38,981 nucleotides of DNA from Catajapyx aquilonaris (taxonomy: Eukaryota). Positions 34,631 through 38,981 of this stretch are shown here, piece after piece. Under the pieces are notes generated by a model that saw only the letters and a list, made by a program, of their open reading frames with translations, was not told the DNA's origin and searched no databases. Every line of letters begins with the position of its first letter. Position 1 is the stretch's first letter. The position numbers and the translations under genes are program-made. The stretch covers positions 1 to 38,981 of the forward strand of contig JYFJ02003713.1 in assembly GCA_000934665.2 (NCBI GenBank). The letters are read 5' to 3'.

Positions 34631-37600
34631 TCACGTTTGTCCACCTCCGGTTTCATTAGCAGAATATGTTTTCACAAGCAACCCACTGTTGTTGCCATTT
34701 GCAGGGATGAATCCTTCCTTGATGCAAAGAGACAGGAGCTCGAGTTTATCCTCGATTACTACGTGGAAGTCAGTTGTGGGAGTATAACAGGTGCGCACTT
34801 GAGCAGAGAATAGGCTTCCTGGTGGGCACTTGTATGTGGATAGCTCAAGTGTAGGAGGGGTCGTTGAAGGGTCGCTTTTGCAGGTGTAATAGTAGTTTTG
34901 GTCGGATGGATGAGGAAATGTGCCCTCCAAGTAGCATTTCAGGATATGGTTTGGTTTGAGGGCTGGTTCTGCTGATTTGGGACTGACGGGATGGACCAGT
35001 GACGCTGCTGACTCTGTGACACTGGAAGGAGTGGACGACAGGTTAAGGGTAGTTGGAAGCTGCACATCTTCTTTTGTTGGTGCAAATGTGTCTTTGGGCT
35101 CTTCAATTGGGGCTTGAGTCTCTTCCATGTTCAAAGAGGAACCTGCATCTTTTAAACCATTGTTAGGGATAGTTATTGTTGTCGGAGCGAATGTCGCGTC
35201 CTCTATCTGCTCTTCCTTGACTGGTGATGCTATCGGAGATACATGCGTGGCCATTTTCATTGCTGCCGAACTTTCCAGTGTCTCAGGAGACGACACTTGG
35301 GCCAAAATGAGTTCGCTTTTGACTCGCGAATCAAGTACATTCTTGGCAAGAGGGATGTCCATAGTTTGGGGGTCAGCTGGCGGCTGGCTTCTTTCTGAAG
35401 ATTCCTGTCTTTGGACATATGCTTGCACTTCCATCTTTTTCAAGCTATTATATTGTTTCTCATTTTCTTGTACCTTGAGAGTTAATTCCGATTCTTGTAA
35501 TTGTTGTTGTTGCTCCTTTTCTGTAGTGTCCCGTTGTTTATGTGCTACCGGTACTTCTAAAGTGGCTATGCTCGAAATGTTATTGGTCATTGTTTTTTCG
35601 CTAGTAATTGCCTTATTGAGCTCTTCGGAAGCGTTCGGATACAAGTCTTCCTGATTACTGATTTGGAGAGGTTGGAAATGCATATTTTTCGGCAACTGTT
35701 GTACTGACTTAGGAACAATGTTGGCTTCTATGTCAATTGTTTCGTACGTCTCTGCGATAGCGATTTCTGCTTCTTTTGTTGGTTCGTTTTCAGAAGTTTT
35801 TTTCTGGTCACTTGTCGTAGGTGTCGGAATTTTTGCCTCGCTCGTCAAAGTCGAGTCATGTTGTGGATTCTGGATGGCATCATTTGGAGCATCTGTTACT
35901 TGCGATTCAACGGCTTCACTGGGATTTTCGGCGAACTGGGTTGTGATTTCCATTGCTCGGAAAGAATTTTCTGTCGTAATAATTTCGTTTGCAATAGATT
36001 TCTTGTAGTCGAAAATCGGAAAATATGACCTAGGACCTTCTTGTTCCAAAAGCTGCTCAATAATAACAGCTTGCAACTGGCTTGCAAAAGCATTTGGGTT
36101 AGGCTTGGCTAAAATCTGCTTTACAGTTACACTCGCAATAGGTCGGATGGGTATAATCTTCCTGGGAGCATTGCCAGCTTCGTTATTGTATGGGTTTGTT
36201 AGATTAGATGGAGCCTGATGGTCTTCTCCCAGGTTCTGGATGGAAGGTTCAGTAGTTCCCTCTGAAAGTACTACCATATTACTCGCTAGGTGAGTGGTAG
36301 GGTTTTCTGGAAAAATGGTAGAGATTGCTGGAAGCGTGGTAGTACTTGGTGGAGTGGTAGTGCTGGGTGGAAGAGTGGTGGTACTTGGTGGAAGAGTGGT
36401 AGTACTTGGTGGAAGAGTGGTAGTACTTGGGGGAAGAGTGGTAGTACTTGGTGTAATAGTGGTAGTACTTGGTCGAGTGGTGGTACTGGGTGGAAGAGTG
36501 GTGGTACTGGGTGGAGTGGTAGTACTTGGTGGAGTGGTGGTACTGGGTGGAAGAGTGGTGGTACTGGGTGGAGTGGTAGTACTGGGTGGAGTGGTAGTAC
36601 TTGGTGGAGTGGTAGTACTTGGTGGAGTGGTGGTACTGGGTGGAAGAGTGGTGGTACTTGGTGGAAGAGTGGTAGTACTTGGTGGAAGAGTGGTAGTACT
36701 TGCTGGAGGAGTGGAAGAACTTGCTGGAAGAACATGTACAGCAGTCGCAGTTGCGGCTATGGTCATAACAGGTGTCCTGGCAGGGGTTTCCCCTTCCGAA
36801 GCACTAGGTGTGGCAGGTCTGGTGGGCGAAACCTGGCCAATTTCAATTTTCGAGGTAAGGGTTGTGGCAGTGATTATGTTTGAAGAGCTGGAAGGACTAA
36901 AGGTTGTGGTGCTCTGTGAGTAAAGAGAAGTACAGAGGCCGTTCTTGGAAGAGTATTGGTATTCTTCGGGACACATGAATGTAAAGTGGATGAATCCTAG
37001 TCCAGAAGGATCTGGAAGGCAGCGGTGGTAGTAATTAGGGCTCGTTTCGAGTGGCATGTGACAAATATTGGCACAGATGGGACTCTCTCGAGGAATTCTA
37101 GACGGTGGTATTGCAAGCCCTGTTGTGGAATCACCTCCCACCCACTGTGGATTCCAATTCCCCTTGAGGCACAAGTTGCTGGCGGTACTGAACAAAAATC
37201 CATCGGGACAGCGAAAGATGAATTGGACATAGACGCTGCCGTTGTTTTGAGCCTCTACATACTTGCACACATAGTAGTATTGTGATTGCTCGAAATAGGT
37301 GAACACTCCTTCTCCTGCGCACTGGGGAGGCGTTAGGATGTCTGAGGTAACTTCGAATCCGACTGCATAATTTCCATAAGGGTATTGATTAGCAGCATAG
37401 GTGTCTAAGGCACACAGCCCCGTTACTTGGTCAAATAACAGCGAAGGAGGACACATGAATAATGCCTGCACATAAGAGCCTCCAAGAATGACCCGACAAG
37501 TGTAGTACATTGAAGCATCAGACATGGAGAAACTCCCTTGTGACAGGCATGGTGGGAGGCCATCGAAAGCTACTGTCAATGCCTGTATGGGCAAACCCAC

Positions 37601-38855
37601 CTTCTCGATATCTGGTATCTGAGCCATTGAAGGCAGGCCATGGAGATAGATAAGCGAAGTGGCTTCTTCCTTGTAGTTTAGACACATGCCGTTTCTGAAG
37701 CGCAAATTTCCGGCACAAGCGAACACAAGGCGGAGGTAGCCTAATCTTGGTTGGTAATGGCAGTATTGGTACACAGCATGGCCCAAAAGCATCCTAGATG
37801 TTTCTTGTTGGCATTCTCGAGGATGAGGCGACTTTTGCCGCGTCAAAAGCACAGCTGCCATTGGCAATCCTATCCTAGCATCAAAAGTTCTATTGTAAAT
37901 GTCCAGTCCAGTCGACCCTTGGCTGTAATTGTGGTAGAGGTACACATAGTGCGTGTAGTTGTCAGCGTAGTAATTCGAGAACGCATTGCTCTCCGACTGG
38001 CACATGGACTGCTCGTAATTGAATGCATATCCAGAAGGACACTGGTACACAGACAAGGCCAGTTTCTGTGTGGAAGTATCGTAGGCACACTCGTAATACA
38101 TGGTACGGTCTGGGTGAACAAACCTGCCGATGCTCCTGCAAACCTGGATTCCCTCGTTTCGGGAGTCTAGCTTGACTCCATCAGTCAGAAGAGTGGTGGT
38201 AGTCTGTTGGGTGCCTGGCAGCACCATGTCCTGCTGGTCTTGCAGGCTTGACATGGGCGGCGGAATCGATGGTTCTGATGTCTGCCTCGGAGCTGCCATG
38301 CAAATGTTTTCTGTCCGGTTGTACACCAGGCCTTCGGGGCAGGCAAAGACGAAGGACTGAAGGACTTGAGGATATTCAGGTGTGTAGGCACAACGGATTA
38401 CGAATCGGAAGTCGGGGGACAGGAATGTTCCTTCGGAAGTGCAGGGCGGGATGGTGGGATAGGAATCTATTGGAGTCGGAGATTGCTGGTGTGGAGCTGA
38501 TCCTCTGCTGTCGGCTGCTGCGGTTGGTGTAAACTGCTCGTTCTGCGTCCTCATTGTCCTACTGGTAGACGTGAAGCCAGCATCTTGCTTCATTGATGGG
38601 AACTCCAGCACCTGCCAAAGTAGAACACGGAAACGTCATAATAAGAACTACTCTAACATAAGGCTTCTGCTACAAATGTGCAGCACTTGGGAGGAAATTA
38701 TTGTGATTGGTTCTCACAGTCTGGGCTAATTTCCCCTGCAAATATGGAGTAGAAACCTTGTATCATTAATTCCAATTAACACTTACACCTTGAGCTGCTG
38801 CTGTCATCAAAAATAATGTGGGGCACAATAGCGTCGCACTAATATGGCGTACCAT
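34631..38855 (-). CDS. Secreted mucin-like protein with multiple chitin-binding type-2 (peritrophin-A)-like modules (~1349 aa)
   Basis: Exon 38855-38787 (MVRHISATLLCPTLFLMTAAAQG|gtaagt, signal peptide) joined in phase 0 to one 3981-nt exon 38611-34631 (acceptor tttggcag). Repeated C..G.F.....YY.C....F.CP.G..F......C modules, PPSTTT repeats and an acidic S/T/P-rich linker. AATAAA (-) at 34302-34307. Confidence 0.88.
36329..36712 (-). repeat. Coding minisatellite of mixed 18- and 21-bp units encoding PPSTTT / LPPSTTT
   Basis: Tandem gtggtagtacttggtgga(aga) variants visible directly. Confidence 0.95.
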
Positions 38856-38918
38856 GGTGGTGAGAGCACAATGCAAACAGACTATAGTACTGGATCAACA
38901 ATATTCACAGACGCCTTC

Positions 38919-38926
38919 CTTATATA
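38919..38926 (-). promoter_or_regulatory. TATA box of the mucin/peritrophin-like gene
   Basis: TATATAAG on the minus strand, about 65 nt upstream of the ATG at 38855. Confidence 0.6.
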
Positions 38927-38981
38927 GGGTGGTGTTAATGACGCACACAGACTGGGGGGAAATGGTCCTAGTCGCAAAGAA

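Noticed and set aside
36286..36923. Alternative-frame and antisense ORFs (149, 197, 209 aa) over the repeat
   Set aside because: By-products of a stop-free 18/21-bp tandem repeat. Not a CRISPR array, as there are no unique spacers.

Overview
Eukaryotic genomic DNA, most likely from an insect (OBP-like gene, LDLa-type chitin deacetylase, TTAGG-like repeats). Most entries in the ORF track are spurious because the real genes are spliced. I built eight gene models by hand from splice sites. In order: the 5' part of an insulin receptor substrate (IRS/chico, -); SDHA (+), head-to-head with IRS across a CpG-rich promoter; a 150-aa secreted 8-Cys odorant-binding-protein-like gene in six small exons (+), which the ORF track shows only as fragments; group XII secretory PLA2 (-); CMC1 (-), head-to-head with PSMD14/Rpn11 (+); a CDA3/ChLD3-type chitin deacetylase (-); and a ~1349-aa secreted mucin-like protein with seven 4-Cys chitin-binding-like modules (-). 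Introns and intergenic DNA carry many short non-autonomous elements: foldback MITEs, piggyBac-, mariner/pogo-, Harbinger- and hAT-like elements, two Helentron-type HINE copies and two tRNA-derived SINEs. The best leads are the hidden OBP-like gene, the reduced-cysteine peritrophin/mucin next to the deacetylase, three inferred GC-AG introns, a candidate microexon, a uORF-rich IRS leader and a sharp CpG boundary inside the deacetylase gene. I found no evidence of a wholly new multi-gene system. All homology calls come from motif recognition, not database searches.
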